NCBI RefSeq assembly: GCF_035084215.1
Contig: NC_090365.1
Coordinates: 5,084,001 to 5,148,000 of the forward strand
Origin: Heptranchias perlo
Lineage: Eukaryota
Length of the DNA: 64,000 nt
Direction of reading: 5' to 3'
In this document: positions 22,438 through 34,158 of the stretch, piece by piece
Layout: every line of letters begins with the position of its first letter
Numbering within the stretch: the stretch's first letter is position 1
Position numbers and translations under genes: made by a program
The notes under the pieces: generated by a model
Told to the model about the DNA's origin: nothing
The model's input: only the letters and a program-made list of their open reading frames with translations
Databases searched by the model: none

Positions 22438-25397
22438 ATAGAGTCATAGAGTTATACAGCACGGATAGAGGCCCTTCGGCCCATCGTGTCCGCGCCGGCC
22501 ATCAAGCCCTGTCTACTCTAATCCCATATTCCAGCATTTGGTCCGTAGCCTTGTATGCTATGGCATTTCAAGTGCTCATCCAAATGCTTCTTGAATGTTG
22601 TGAGGGTTCCTGCCTCCACAACCCTTTCAGGCAGTGAGTTCCAGACTCCAACCACCCTCTGGGTGAAAAAGTTCTTTCTCAAATCCCCTCTAAACCTCCC
22701 GCCTTTTACCTTGAATCTATGTCCCCTTGTTATAGAACCCTCAACGAAGGGAAAAAGCTCCTTAGTATCCATCCTATCTGTGCCCCTCATAATTTTGTAC
22801 ACCTCAATCATGTCCCCCCTCAGCCTCCTCTGCTCCAAGGAAAACAAACCCAATCTTCCCAGTCTCTCTTCATAGCTGAAGCGCTCCAGCCCTGGTAACA
22901 TCCTGGTGAATCTCCTCTGCACCCTCTCCAAAGCGATCACATCCTTCCTATAGTGTGGCGACCAGAACTGCACACAGTACTCCAGCTGTGGCCTAACCAG
23001 TGTTTTATACAGCTCCATCATAACCTCCTTGCTCTTATATTCTATGCCTCGGCTAATAAAGGCAAGTATCCCATATGCCTTCTTTACCACCTTATCTACC
23101 TGTTCCGCCACCTTCAGGGATCTGTGAACTTGCACACCAAGATCCCTCTGACCCTCTGTCTTGCCTAGGGTCCTCCCATTCATTGTGTATTCCCTTGCCT
23201 TGTTAGTCCCTCCAAAGTGCATCACCTCGCACTTTTCCGGGTTAAATTCCATTTGCCACTGTTCCGCCCATCTGACCAACCCATCTATATCGTCCTGCAG
23301 ACTGAGGCTATCCTCCTCGCTATTTACCACCCTACCAATTTTTGTATCATCAGCGAACTTACTGATCATACCTTTTACATTCATATCCAAGTCGTTAATG
23401 TAGACCACAAACAGCAAGGGACCCAGCACTGATCCCTGTGGTACCCCACTGGCCACAGGCTTCCAGTCACAAAAACAACCTTCGACCATCACCCTCTGCC
23501 TTCTGCCACTAAGCCAGTTTTGTATCCAAAGTACCAAGGCACCCTGGATTCCATGGGCTCGTACCTTCTTGACCAGTCTCCTGTGGGGGACTTTATCGAA
23601 GGCCTTACTGAAATCCATGTATACCACATCCACTGCGTTACCCTCATCCACACGCCTAGTCACCCCCTCAAAAAATTCAATCAAATTAGTCAGACATGAT
23701 CTTCCCTTGACAAAGCCATGTTGACTATCCCTGATTAATCCTTGCTTCTCCAAGTGGAGACTAATTTTGTCCTTCAGAATTTTTTCCAATAATTTTCCTA
23801 CCACTGATGTTAGGCTCACTGGCCTGTAGTTCCCCGGTTTTTCCCTACTCCCCTTCTTGAATAATGGTACTACATTAGCGGTTCTCCAGTCCTCTGGCAC
23901 ATCCCCTGTGGCCAGAGAGGTTCTGAATATATGTGTTAGAGCCCCTGCAATCTCCTCCTTTGCCTCACACAGTAGCCTGGGATACATTTCGTCCGGGCCT
24001 GGGGATTTATCCATTTTTAGGCCTGCTAAAACCGCCAATACCTCCTCCCGCTCGATGTTAATATGTTCGAGTATATCACAGTCCCCCTGCCGTATTTCTA
24101 TGTCTACATCGTCCTTCTCCATCGTGAAAACAGATGCAAAAAATTCATTTAGAACCCCTCCTACATCTGCCGGCTCCACACACACATTGCCATTTTTGTC
24201 CCTAATGGGCCCTATTTTTTCCCTAGTCATCCTCTTACCCTTAATATACTTATAAAACATCTTAGGATTTTCCTTTATTTTGCTCGCCAGTGTTATTTCA
24301 TGGCCCCTCCTTGATCTCCTAATTTCTTTTTTAAGTATCCCCCTGCACTTTTTGTACTCCTCTCGGGCTTCCTCCGTCTTTAGCCTTTTGTATCTGGCAA
24401 AAGCCCTCCTTTTTTTCCTAATCCATTCTCGTATATCCCCTGACATCCAAGGTTCCCTGGAGTTCTTGGAACCACCCTTGACCTTTACGGGAACATGTTG
24501 CCATTGTATGGTCTCAATCTCCCTTCTGAAAGACTCCCATTGCTCCGATGCGGATTTTCCTACAAGCAGCTGATCCCAGTCCATTTTGGCCAGATCCTGC
24601 CTTATCCTATTAAAATCTGCCTTCCCCCAATTTAGAACCTTTATTTCCGGCCCCTCCCTATCCTTTTCCATGACCACCTTAAATCTCACCGAATTATGGT
24701 CACTGTCACCAAAGTGCTCACCTACTAGCACTTCTTCCACTTGGCCGGCCACATTCCCTAGAATTAGGTCCAGTACCGCCCCCTCTCTTGTAGGACTTTC
24801 TACATGCTGGCTCAAAAAGCTCTCCTGGATGCACGTTAAGAATTTTGTACCCTCTGAGTATCCCAGTTAATATTGGGGAAGTTGAAATCCCCCACTATTA
24901 TTACCCTATTATTTGCACAATTTTCTGAGATTTGCCTACATATCTGTTCCTCTATCTCCCCCTGACTGTTTGGGGGCCTATAGTACACTCCCATCAAAGT
25001 GCTTGCCCCCTTTTTGTTTTTAAGCTCCACCCATATGGCCTCATTAGAGGAACCTGCTAATATATCATCCCTCCTTATGGCAGTAATTGATTCTTTAATT
25101 AATATTGCGACCCCCCTCCTCTTATACCTCCCCCTCTGTCTCGCCTGAAGATTCTGTACCCCGGAATATTGAGCTGCCAGTCTTGCCCCTCCCTCAACCA
25201 TGTCTCTGTGACAGCAACAATATCATACTCCCATGTGTTTATCAACACCTTCAGTTCATCCACCTTATTCGCAAGACTCCTTGCATTAAAATAGATGCCA
25301 TCCAGCCTTGCCCTCACATATTTGCCCTGTCTTCCAAGCTGACTTGTTTTTTTCTCTATATTTGGCTGCACATCACCCCCTATTGTAGCTCCACTCT
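22438..25397 (-). mobile_element. Young CR1 nested in opposite orientation, near-complete ORF2
   Basis: Junctions GAGAGGTT|ATAGAGTC and CCACTCT|GTTGGATAG (GTT duplicated); tail CTCTATGACTCTAT on the minus strand. Confidence 0.93.
22518..24815 (-). CDS. CR1 ORF2 (endonuclease C-terminus plus reverse transcriptase), 765 aa uninterrupted
   Basis: LDLILGN, GDSDHN, NYRPVSLTS, QGSVLGP, FADDTK; N-terminal APE part (YFNARSL, VTETWL, VGDFNFP) lies upstream at 24836-25371 with frameshift/deletion. Confidence 0.9.
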   Translation of the reverse strand: MSQHVESPTREGAVLDLILGNVAGQVEEVLVGEHFGDSDHNSVRFKVVMEKDREGPEIKVLNWGKADFNRIRQDLAKMDWDQLLVGKSASEQWESFRREIETIQWQHVPVKVKGGSKNSREPWMSGDIREWIRKKRRAFARYKRLKTEEAREEYKKCRGILKKEIRRSRRGHEITLASKIKENPKMFYKYIKGKRMTREKIGPIRDKNGNVCVEPADVGGVLNEFFASVFTMEKDDVDIEIRQGDCDILEHINIEREEVLAVLAGLKMDKSPGPDEMYPRLLCEAKEEIAGALTHIFRTSLATGDVPEDWRTANVVPLFKKGSREKPGNYRPVSLTSVVGKLLEKILKDKISLHLEKQGLIRDSQHGFVKGRSCLTNLIEFFEGVTRRVDEGNAVDVVYMDFSKAFDKVPHRRLVKKVRAHGIQGALVLWIQNWLSGRRQRVMVEGCFCDWKPVASGVPQGSVLGPLLFVVYINDLDMNVKGMISKFADDTKIGRVVNSEEDSLSLQDDIDGLVRWAEQWQMEFNPEKCEVMHFGGTNKAREYTMNGRTLGKTEGQRDLGVQVHRSLKVAEQVDKVVKKAYGILAFISRGIEYKSKEVMMELYKTLVRPQLEYCVQFWSPHYRKDVIALERVQRRFTRMLPGLERFSYEERLGRLGLFSLEQRRLRGDMIEVYKIMRGTDRMDTKELFPFVEGSITRGHRFKVKGGRFRGDLRKNFFTQRVVGVWNSLPERVVEAGTLTTFKKHLDEHLKCHSIQGYGPNAGIWD

Positions 25398-25823
25398 GTT
25401 GGATAGACTGAGACTTTTTTCCCTGGAGAGTAGGAGGTTAAGGGGTGATCTTATAGAAGTCTATAAAATAATGAGGGGCATAGATAAGGTAGATAGTCAA
25501 AATCTTCTCCCAAAGGTAGGGGAGTCTATAACGAGGGGGCATAGATTTAAGGTGAGAGGGGAGAGATACAAAAGGGTCCAGAGGGGCAATTTTTTCACTC
25601 AAAGGGTGGTGAGTGTCTGGAACGAGCTGCCAGAGGCAGTAGTAGAGGCGGGTACAATTTTGTCTTTTAAAAAGCATTTGGACAGTTACATGGGTAAGAT
25701 GGGTATAGAGGGATATGGGCCAAGTGCAGGCAACTGGGACTAGCTTAGTGGTATAAACTGGGCGACATGGACATGTTGGACCGAAGGGCCTGTTTCCATG
25801 TTGTAAACTTCTATGATTCTATG

Positions 25824-25937
25824 AACTGTAGCCCAGGGAGAGTCAGTGTTTGTGGAACCCGTACTCCAGTGGGAGTCAGTGTCTGCGGAATCCGTACCCC
25901 AGTGAGAGTCAGTATCTGTGGAACTGTAGTCCAGGGA
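25824..25937 (+). repeat. ~30-31 bp minisatellite, right part (about 4 units)
   Basis: GGAGAGTCAGTGTTTGTGGAACCCGTACTCCAGT etc., in register with 20515-20851. Confidence 0.88.
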
Positions 25938-26577
25938 GAGTTGATGGACACTGGCAAATGCAAACGCACAGATTTACCTTTTATTGAGAAGACTATTCTG
26001 GTCCACAACTGAGACCTTTAACTGATTGGAAACGAAACCAATTGAGACATGCGCTATACTGTATCCTACCACCAGGTGTCACAAGGCGGCAATCTTTTAA
26101 CAGAAGCTCTGCTTTAGTGTCAGAGACAGACTGGCTCTGGTTACAATAGAAGATTGGAATCTAACTCAAGGCCCCTAATTTGATTTCAGATGTGTGCTGA
26201 GTTAGTTGATTGCATCTGGGGAAGTGGCATTGGGGGTGGAGAGGGGTCTACAAATGGCTTCAGTGACCTCTAGGCTGGGAAGGAGATAAACCGGCCAGTG
26301 CTCCCCTTGAACGATAGATGCACATGATTTTCGCATCAGATGAGTCCCCCGTCTCCACCTGGATTCTCAGGTGCAGGAGGTGAATGGAACAGCATCACTT
26401 CCCCAGCAGACTCTCCGACAAGCCAGTTACAAAGAAGCGCAGTTGAAAGGGTGAAAGCAGGTTACATGTAGGTTGCGCAGGGGATAGTAAATATTCTCAT
26501 GCTGAACCAGCCTGAATGGGCCTGTACCTTGTCTTTAAAGCTCTCCCAGTGACACCACTGCTGCTGAAACCCCGTAA

Positions 26578-26952
26578 AGAAAGCTTTACATTCATATAGT
26601 GCCTTTCACATCCTCAGGAGATCCCAAATTGCTTTAGTACTTTACAAGTGCAGTCACTGCTTTTTTTGTAGGCAAATGCATCAGCCAATTTACGCATAGC
26701 AAGATCTCACGCATAGCACTGAGATAATGACCAGATAATCTGTTTTTTGGTGATGTTGGTTGAGAGATAAATATTGGCCCCAGGGCACCGGGGTGAACTC
26801 CCCCTGCTCTTCCTCGAAGTAGCGCCACAGGATCTTTTACATCCACCTGAGAGGGCAGACGGACGGACGGGGCCTCGGTTTAACATCTCATCCGAAAGAG
26901 GGCACCTCCGACACTGCAGCACTCCGACGGTGGGTACCACTGAGCCAAGCTG
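26578..26952 (-). mobile_element. Deu-domain SINE
   Basis: Reverse complement of the SINE consensus seen at 59628-60045. Confidence 0.8.
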
Positions 26953-27069
26953 ACAATTAATAGATGCATTAATGGGGGGAGCGACAAGTGGTTCAAGTTT
27001 TGATCTGATTCATGATTAGCCCAGAGAGGAAAACCAGGAGGGTCACATTTGGTGAATTTTTGATCCTCT

Positions 27070-27250
27070 TGGTATCTTCCCCTCCCCCCCCCCACCCCCG
27101 GTTGCGGTGGTATCTTCCCTTCCCTCCCCCCTGGTTGCGGTGGTATCTTCCCCTCCCTCCTCCCCCCCCCCCCCCCATTCCCGGTTGCGGTGGTATCTTC
27201 CCCTCCCTCCTCCCCCCCCCCCCCCATTCCCGGTTGCGGTGGTATCTTCC
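27070..27250 (+). repeat. Tandem repeat GGTTGCGGTGGTATCTTCC with poly-C spacers
   Basis: Four full copies at 27100, 27133, 27183, 27232 and a partial copy at 27070. Confidence 0.9.
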
Positions 27251-27660
27251 TGTCGCCCTGGTGATTTGGTTGCCCGGATGCGGCGCGTGCGGTTGGAGAA
27301 TTCTCGGATGTGGCGGTGAAACCGTGAGGTGAAGACCGGCGGCGGCAGGTAGGAGAGAGCGAGGCCCCGGGCCGGGCCGGGCCGAGCCTCCCGGACTGGA
27401 ATGCGGTCCGGGGTAGCGTCGAGTCGAGCCGGGCCCGGAGCGAATCACAAATCAAGTTTTTGGGGCTTAACCCTTTGAATACGAGGGAAGCACCAGGCCG
27501 GGATAAACTGTTGGTAAAGTTATGAACCGAGTGCAACAATTGAAGAAGGTGCTGGATCATGAAACCGGTGCCGAGCCCAGAAAAGCTGGAGATCTTCCTG
27601 GGCTGGTGCAACCGGCCCACAAGAGGGGACAGAACCAGCCTTAAACAAAAGGATGAGGTT
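27240..27660 (+). promoter_or_regulatory. CpG island, probable promoter and first exon of an unidentified gene
   Basis: Most CpG-dense non-repeat segment of the window; X-box-like motifs at 27252 and 27269; candidate donors CAG|GTAGGA (27349) and GAG|GTTTGT (27658). Confidence 0.6.
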
Positions 27661-27664
27661 TGTG

Positions 27665-27895
27665 TGGGAGGAGGGAATGGGGAGGAGGGAATGGGGAGGA
27701 GGGAATGGGGAGGAGGGAATGAGGAGGAGGGAATGAGGAGGGGGGGAGGAGGGAATGAGGAGGGGGGGAGGAGGGAATGGGGAGGAGGGAATGGGGAGGA
27801 GGGGAAGTGGGATGGAGGGAATGGGAAGTGGGGCAGAGGGAGCAAGGACTGGGAAATGGTGGAGGAGGGGTTCGGGAGATGGGGCCGGGGGAATT
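27665..27895 (+). repeat. Purine-rich (GGAGGAGGGAATGG)n low-complexity tract
   Basis: Repeated GGGGAGGAGGGAAT units. Confidence 0.9.
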
Positions 27896-27929
27896 ATAAC
27901 AAGCAGCAAAAGGAGGTCAAGAAAATAAT

Positions 27930-28405
27930 GAGCTGACAGAGTGGGTATGAAAAAAGAAACTTGGAAATGGTGTGGGTAATAGCAAAGGCTTTTTTCGGTA
28001 GATTGAGAGTGGTAACAGGAGGGTACAAATAATTAGAGGATGAGAACTTGGTAGAACTGCTAAATGAACATTTTCCTTGGTTCTCGGGATGGAGCAGAAG
28101 GTACAATGTCAGAGGGGCTGGTAAGGAAGGTTCAATAGCAGAGATACAGGGAAGAAGAGAGAAGTAAAGCTTGCAGGGATTAGTATAAATACAAAAATTG
28201 TAATGGATAAACAAAGGAGATTGGGTTGGAGGGGTTGGGGAGGAGAGGCTAGGAATGGAGCAGAGAGGATGGAGATCCGTGGATTTCCAGGTCCTGGAAA
28301 AGGGAAAATCACAGGAGAGAGTGGGACTAATTGGATAGCGCTTTCAAAGAGCCGGCATAGGCATGATGGGCCAAATGGCCTCCTGTGCAGTCTGATTCTA
28401 TGAAG
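27930..28405 (+). mobile_element. Highly decayed CR1 fragments with 3' tail
   Basis: GTGGGACTAATTGGATAGC..GATGGGCCAAATGGCCTCC..ATTCTATGA tail. Confidence 0.6.
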
Positions 28406-29064
28406 AGATTGAGCTATGGTATGGGACTGTCAGATAGCTGACTGAAGCAATTTGCACACCTTCAGGACAGAACAAAACTGAGAGTCATGGTGTTGGGGTT
28501 CTGTGGGGTAACTGGTTGTTTCCAAGCTGACAGAAGGGACCGGTATGCAATTGCTGGCATGTCTGTATTTAATCTTTGAGGCCTGCAAGTATATGTAATT
28601 GACAGCCTGGTAATCCATGTGGAACTACAAATGAACCTATCCATTGATTTATGAAGTATCCATAAGTTGATTAGCAGAGTTCAACAGGGAGGGGGGGCAG
28701 TCAAAAGTTTTCACTGCCTGGAGTAAATTCTTGAATTAAGTTAACATTTTGATGCCTTCATCTGGAGCTGTGGGAATTTATACACCTAGAGAAAGGCAGA
28801 ACCAAACCTGTTTCAATCTGTCGTAACTAAAATGTTATATAAAATGTGCATTGTATGCATTTTAACCAGGATAGATCTCGTGCCATCATGTCCAGATGAG
28901 GAGCTGGGAGAAATCGTGACTAGGGAAGGAGAGGTGAAAATTGTGAATGGACGTGGGAAGAGAGTGTGCAAAACAATGCAGTTTAACAAAGTGTGAGGTA
29001 GTGTGTTTTGAATGAGTGTACATTCTAAATGGAGAAGTATTACGGAGGTAGATGAGGAAAGGGA

Positions 29065-30652
29065 CTTCAGCACGTCCCAAAGTGTTTAACAGCCAATTGA
29101 GTACTTTTGAAGTGTAGTCACTGTTTGTAATGTAGCAAACACAGCAGCCAATTTGTGCACAGCAAGGTCCCACAAATAGCAATGTGATAATTACCAGATC
29201 ATCTGTTTTTAGTGATGTTGGTTGAGGGATAAATATTGGCCAGGACACCGGGGAGAACTCCCCTGCTCTTCAAATAGTGCCATGGGTTTTTTCTACGCCC
29301 ACCTGAGAGGGCAGACGGGGCCTCGTTTTAACTTCTCATCCAAAAGACAACATCTGCAACAGTGCAGCAGTCCCTCAGTACTGCCATAGGAGTGTCAGCC
29401 TCGATTATCCTTCTCGACCTGTCTGTAGCCTTTGACACGGTTGACCACACCATCCTCCTCCAACGCCTCACCTTTGTCGTCCAGTTGGGTGGGACTGCGC
29501 TCGCCTGGTTCTATTCTTATCTATCCAGTCGTAGCCAGAGAATCGCCTGCAATGGCTTCTCTTTCCGCTCCCACACCGTTACTTCTGGAGTCCTCCAAGA
29601 ATCTATCCTTGGCCCCCTCCTATTTCTCATCTACATACTGCCCCCTTGGCGACATCATCTGAAAACACGACATCAGATTCCACATGTACGCTGACGACAC
29701 CCAGCTCTACCTCACCACCACCTCCCTCGACCCCTCCACCGTGTCTCATTTGTCACACTGCTTGTCTGACATCCATTACTGGATGAGCAACAATTTCCTC
29801 CAACTGAATATTGGGAAGACTGAAGCCATTGTCTTTGGTCCCTGCCACAAACTCTGTCCCTGGTCACTGACTCCATCCCTCTCTCTGGCCACTGTCTGAG
29901 GCTGAACCAGACCATTCGCAACCTCGGTGTCCTATTTGGCTCTGAGGTGAGCTTCTGAACTCATATCCACTCCATCACCAAGACCGCTTACTTCCACCAC
30001 CGTAACAGCACCTGTCTCCGCCCTGCCTCAGCTCATCTGCTGAAACCCTCATCGATGCGCTTGTGACCTCTAGACTGGACTATTCCAATGCTCTCCTGGC
30101 TGGCCCGTATCCAAACTCGCACCAAGTCCCGTTCTCCCATCGCCCAGGTGCTACATTGGCTCCCGGTCCGGGAATGCCTCGATTTTAAAATTCTCACCCT
30201 TGTTTTCAAATCTCTCCATGGCCTCGCCCCCTCCCTATCTCTGTGACCTCCTCCTGCCCTACAACCCTCCGAGATCTTTGCGCTTCTCCAATTCTTGCCT
30301 CTTGCACGTCTCTGATTGGCTCCGCTATTGGCGGCCGTGCCTTCTGCTGCCTAGGCTCCAAGCTCTGGAATTCCCTCCCTAAATCTCTCCCGCCTCTCTC
30401 TCCTCCTTTAAAACACTCCTTAAAACCTACCTCTTTGTCCAAGCTTTTGGTCACCTGCCCTAATAGCTCCTTATGTAGGTCGGTATCAAGTTTTGTTTGA
30501 TAATCACTCCTGTGAAGCGCCTTGGGACGTTTTACTACATTAAAGGCGCTATATAAATGCAAGTTGTTGTTATTTGCACAACTTCCGAGAGTGGGGTTTG
30601 AATCCATGACCCTCTGACTTGGAGGTAACAGTGCTACCACTGAGCCAGGTCT
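29065..30652 (-). mobile_element. Deu-domain SINE split by an L2 insertion
   Basis: SINE body at 29065-29400, tRNA-like head resumes at 30575-30652 (GTGCTACCACTGAGCCA). Confidence 0.8.
29401..30572 (+). mobile_element. 5'-truncated L2 LINE with RT remnants
   Basis: LLDLSVAFDTVDH, ESILGPLLFLIY, YADDTQLY, LQLNIGKTE; L2 tail ending GCAAGTTGTTGTT. Confidence 0.9.
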
Positions 30653-30719
30653 GACGTATAAGTCAATAAAAGCCCAGTCCAAGCTTTGTCAATGGTTAGA
30701 TAATATTCCCTCAAGGTGA

Positions 30720-31040
30720 GGAGGTTCAGGGGATGATCGAATAATAATAATGGGAATTGACAGGGTAGATAAGGGAATCAGAACAAGGGGACAGCATCTT
30801 AAAATGTGAACTAAACTGGCTAACTTTGAATCCATAAAACATTCTTCACACAAAAGATTAACTGTGGAAGGCAGTCAATGCAGTATCAATGGAGGTGTTT
30901 AAAAAGGAAATAGGAAGGTGGGAAGTCAGGGTATTAAGGGATATGACGAAAGGGCGGGGAATTGTGATTTAAAAAGATAGAGAGCTGCTGTGATTAGAAA
31001 AAATGACGGCACAGGCTGACTGGCCCACTCCTGTTCCTAT
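30720..31040 (+). mobile_element. Old CR1 3' fragment
   Basis: Degenerate RGD..RTRG..FF motifs and CCCACTCCTGTTCCTAT tail. Confidence 0.6.
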
Positions 31041-33094
31041 ATTCTCGAAGAAGGAGGAGTTGGGGTACAAAAGAGGATAGGGAAAGAATAAAAGGGAGAG
31101 CTGAGAGACGTAGAGCGAGGGAGCTGAGCTGCAGAGGCAGAAAGGACCGGGTGGGAGAGGGAGGCAGTGAGGTGGGGGGTGGAGCTGGGGAAGTAAGGGG
31201 ACAGAAAAGGAGTTGGAAAGAGAACAAAGTGGTGAGAATGGGGCAGAAAACAGAGGCAGTAAAAGAGGAAGGAATGGAGTGGGAGGCAGAGAGAGAAAAG
31301 GGGTCTTGAAGGGTCCACACCCGAAACATCAACTGCCCCCCTCTGCTCTCTCCACTGCCCGTGACATACTGGTTGATTACTGTGTTTTCTGTTTTTCTTT
31401 GAAGACTTTCTATGCCCTTTTCCCTTCTATCTCTGACCTTCCCTCCCTTTATCTCGTCAGTTTCTTGTTATCTTGACCAAGAGTTAGGTGCGGTTGAAAG
31501 TGTCCCAAGTTTTTTTTTTAAACTCTGAGAGCTGCATAGGTGCAATACCACAGATCCCCGGGGACCGAAAACAGAGCTTTAATTCCCATGGTTTAATTTG
31601 TGTCTTGTCTCGAACTGCAGGCCCTAATGATCAGGGTGTTCTGAACTAGGATTTAAGCACCAGTGGGCCAGAGGAGCTGAAGTACCCCTTTCCAAGCCTG
31701 CAGGCAATTCAAATAAGACAAACCAGTGAGTGAGAAATGTAAGTGCAAATAGGACGAGTGCGTGGGCTGATTTTCCAGGGCTCGGGGGCTGCTTGTGGGC
31801 CATGAGTGGTAATTTGGAGATCCCTAGACTAGGCTAATGAAACAGGCGGAAAGATATACAGTAGGAATTATAATGGAGAAGTGCAGGAGATTTAAATATT
31901 TTCATGTTTAAAATAGTGGCCAAGTTTGCCATTTTGGAAGTGTCCGAGAGAGGCCCAGCCTGAACACAACAAACATTGGGAGATTTATGGACAACTGGGA
32001 CGTGACCTTAATGACCAGGGGCGGGGAGGTGCGGCTGTGGTTTTACTGTGTGGAGCGAAAGGGCTCGAGTTAGTGCAGCTGTGCTTCGAGGTGGGGCATC
32101 TTGGAATGTTTCAGAGTGGCCGGGTTTAAGTGGTGGGTGGATAACAGTCCCTGGTCTGGGTTTCTGTTTGCATTAAAAGTTGATGGGAACTGCAGTTAGG
32201 CACATTTGTTCATCTCATGGGGAGGGGAAGTGCCAAATGAAATGTTGCTGAATGGGGCACAAGCAAAGTTTTTTTTTGTTGTTTAACTTTCTTTCATCTG
32301 TGTTTTTGCAGTTGTCTTAAGATAGGAAATCACAACAGCATTGCGCCATGTTTGAAACCGCTGCGCTTGTGTTCTGCTATAGCCCCACTGCCGTTACAAG
32401 GTGCAGCCCTACAGTGTGTGCCCTTTTCGAGGGAAAGGGCAAGAGAATAGGACCATATTAATCCCCGATTACAGGACGTTTCCTAAATGTAGAATGTTTT
32501 CCCAATTAATTCCAAAAGTTCTAAATTTCTAATGTGGATGAGAGGCAGCCTTTTCTTCCTTCAGTTCTGATTTCCATAAAATAAAAGATGGGAAATTCGC
32601 ACTGACCGAGGATATCTGACTGCTAATGAGCAAACTTGGTTTGCTCTTTTTTTGTTATGGAAAGTTGCTGGGCGAGGTTTTATAGACTCTCTATTCGATA
32701 GCCATTTAGCAGGCTGGCTGATTTCATCCCTTACTCCTCTCCTTTGGTGGCCCAGGAGCATTGAGGCTAATTGCAGCCCCTGAGATTGGTATATTCATCA
32801 CAGAGTGGGAATTGTACCCTGGGCCGCCTTGTTCTGTATGGTCACGTGGATACTATACCGACTGAGCCTTCAGGGAACTTGTGATATAGAGGCAGTTGAC
32901 TGGATTAAGGTAACAGAACATCCCATGTCATGTAGTATTTCCCGGCTGTGAGGGCAGGCAAGTGACTGGTTTCCAGACCTCTGGCTGCTAAAACAGCAGT
33001 GCCAAGTGGGACCAGCCTTTTCTCCCCTCCCTTCTTGTGGGAAACTGCCTACCCTTGGTGGCACAGCCAAGATTGGGGAGTTACTCCGGCCCCT

Positions 33095-33352
33095 TCTGCA
33101 TCCCCCTCTCCCTTTGCTCCACCATTGGCGGCCATGCCTTCAGCTGCCTAGGCCCTAAGCTCTGGAATTCCCTCCCTAAACCTCTCCACCTCTCTCCTCC
33201 TTAAAAGCTACCTCTCTGACCAAGATTTTGGTCACCTGTCCCAGCGTCTCCTTATGTGGCTTGGTATCACTTTTTGTGTGATAATGCTCCTGTGAAGGGC
33301 CTTGGGACATTTTACTATGTTAAAGGTGCTATATAAATGTAAGTTGTTGTTG
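33095..33352 (+). mobile_element. L2 LINE 3' end
   Basis: CCACCATTGGCGGCC..CTAAGCTCTGGAATTCCC..GCTATATAAATGTAAGTTGTTG. Confidence 0.85.
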
Positions 33353-33699
33353 CTTGGACCAACACGAAGAAGCTTTTGTGATATTAAAATACAACTCATG
33401 GCAAACTTGTTCTCTCTCCGATGGCTGCAATTTTTCCCACCTCTCCCGACCTGCTATCGGAACACTGACCTTCCACGTTGACTTGCTGAACACACTGAGC
33501 CACTTCCCTGTAACTGTGTGCTTGAGCTGTGCGGCAAAATAGCACAGGACCGTCCCGACTCCAGGCATTGCCTGACCTTCCTGCTGTGTGAAAGTGTCAC
33601 GATGCCTACACGTGGGGTAGAATTCAGCGGAGTATAAATGTGGGAATGGCACAAGGTGGTCACTGGCCCAAGACCAGAACAAACAAAAAAATGAACTGG

Positions 33700-34158
33700 A
33701 AAGAAGGAATTTGCATTTTTCCAGCTCCTTTCACGTCCCCCAGATGCCCCAAACCGCTTCACAGCCAGTTAATTAGTTTTTGAAGTGTAGTCACTTGTTT
33801 TGTAGGCAAACATGCATCCAGTTCATGCACAGTAAGGTCCCACAGGCAGCGAATGAGATGACTGAACAGTTAATCTGTTTTTGGTGGCTGAGGGGTGACT
33901 GCTGGCCAAGACAGCAGGAGACCTCCCCGCCCATCAAATAGTGCCACAAAATCTTTTACGTCCACCTGCACAGGCAGACGGGGCCTCGGTTTGGTTTAAT
34001 GTCTCATCTGAAAGAAAGCATTTCTGATAGAGTATGCAGCACCCCCTCAGCGTTGCACTGAAGTGTCGGCCTAGATTGTATGTTCAAATCCTGGAGTGAA
34101 GCTTGAACGCGCGACTTTCTGACTCTGGTAAGAGTGCTACTTTCACTGAGCCTGCCAA
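33700..34158 (-). mobile_element. Deu-domain SINE
   Basis: Reverse complement of SINE consensus, head to tail. Confidence 0.8.

Larger units (their letters stand above)
20852..25823 (+). mobile_element. 5'-truncated CR1 (host element), RT frame open to 22437, interrupted by an antisense CR1; 3' end at 25398-25823
   Basis: ORF 20570-22441 has CR1 RT motifs ([31 protein letters not shown]); the protein continues LDRLRLFSLESRRLRGDLIE after 25398; (ATTCTATG)-type tail. Confidence 0.93.

Noticed and set aside
27070-27250. CRISPR-like repeat-spacer pattern
   Set aside because: Spacers are related poly-C tracts, not unique sequences; vertebrate context and no cas genes
26880-27936. Long Pro/Gly/Glu-rich ORFs (321, 151, 129, 125 aa)
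   Set aside because: Arise from low-complexity, GC-rich repeats that lack stop codons
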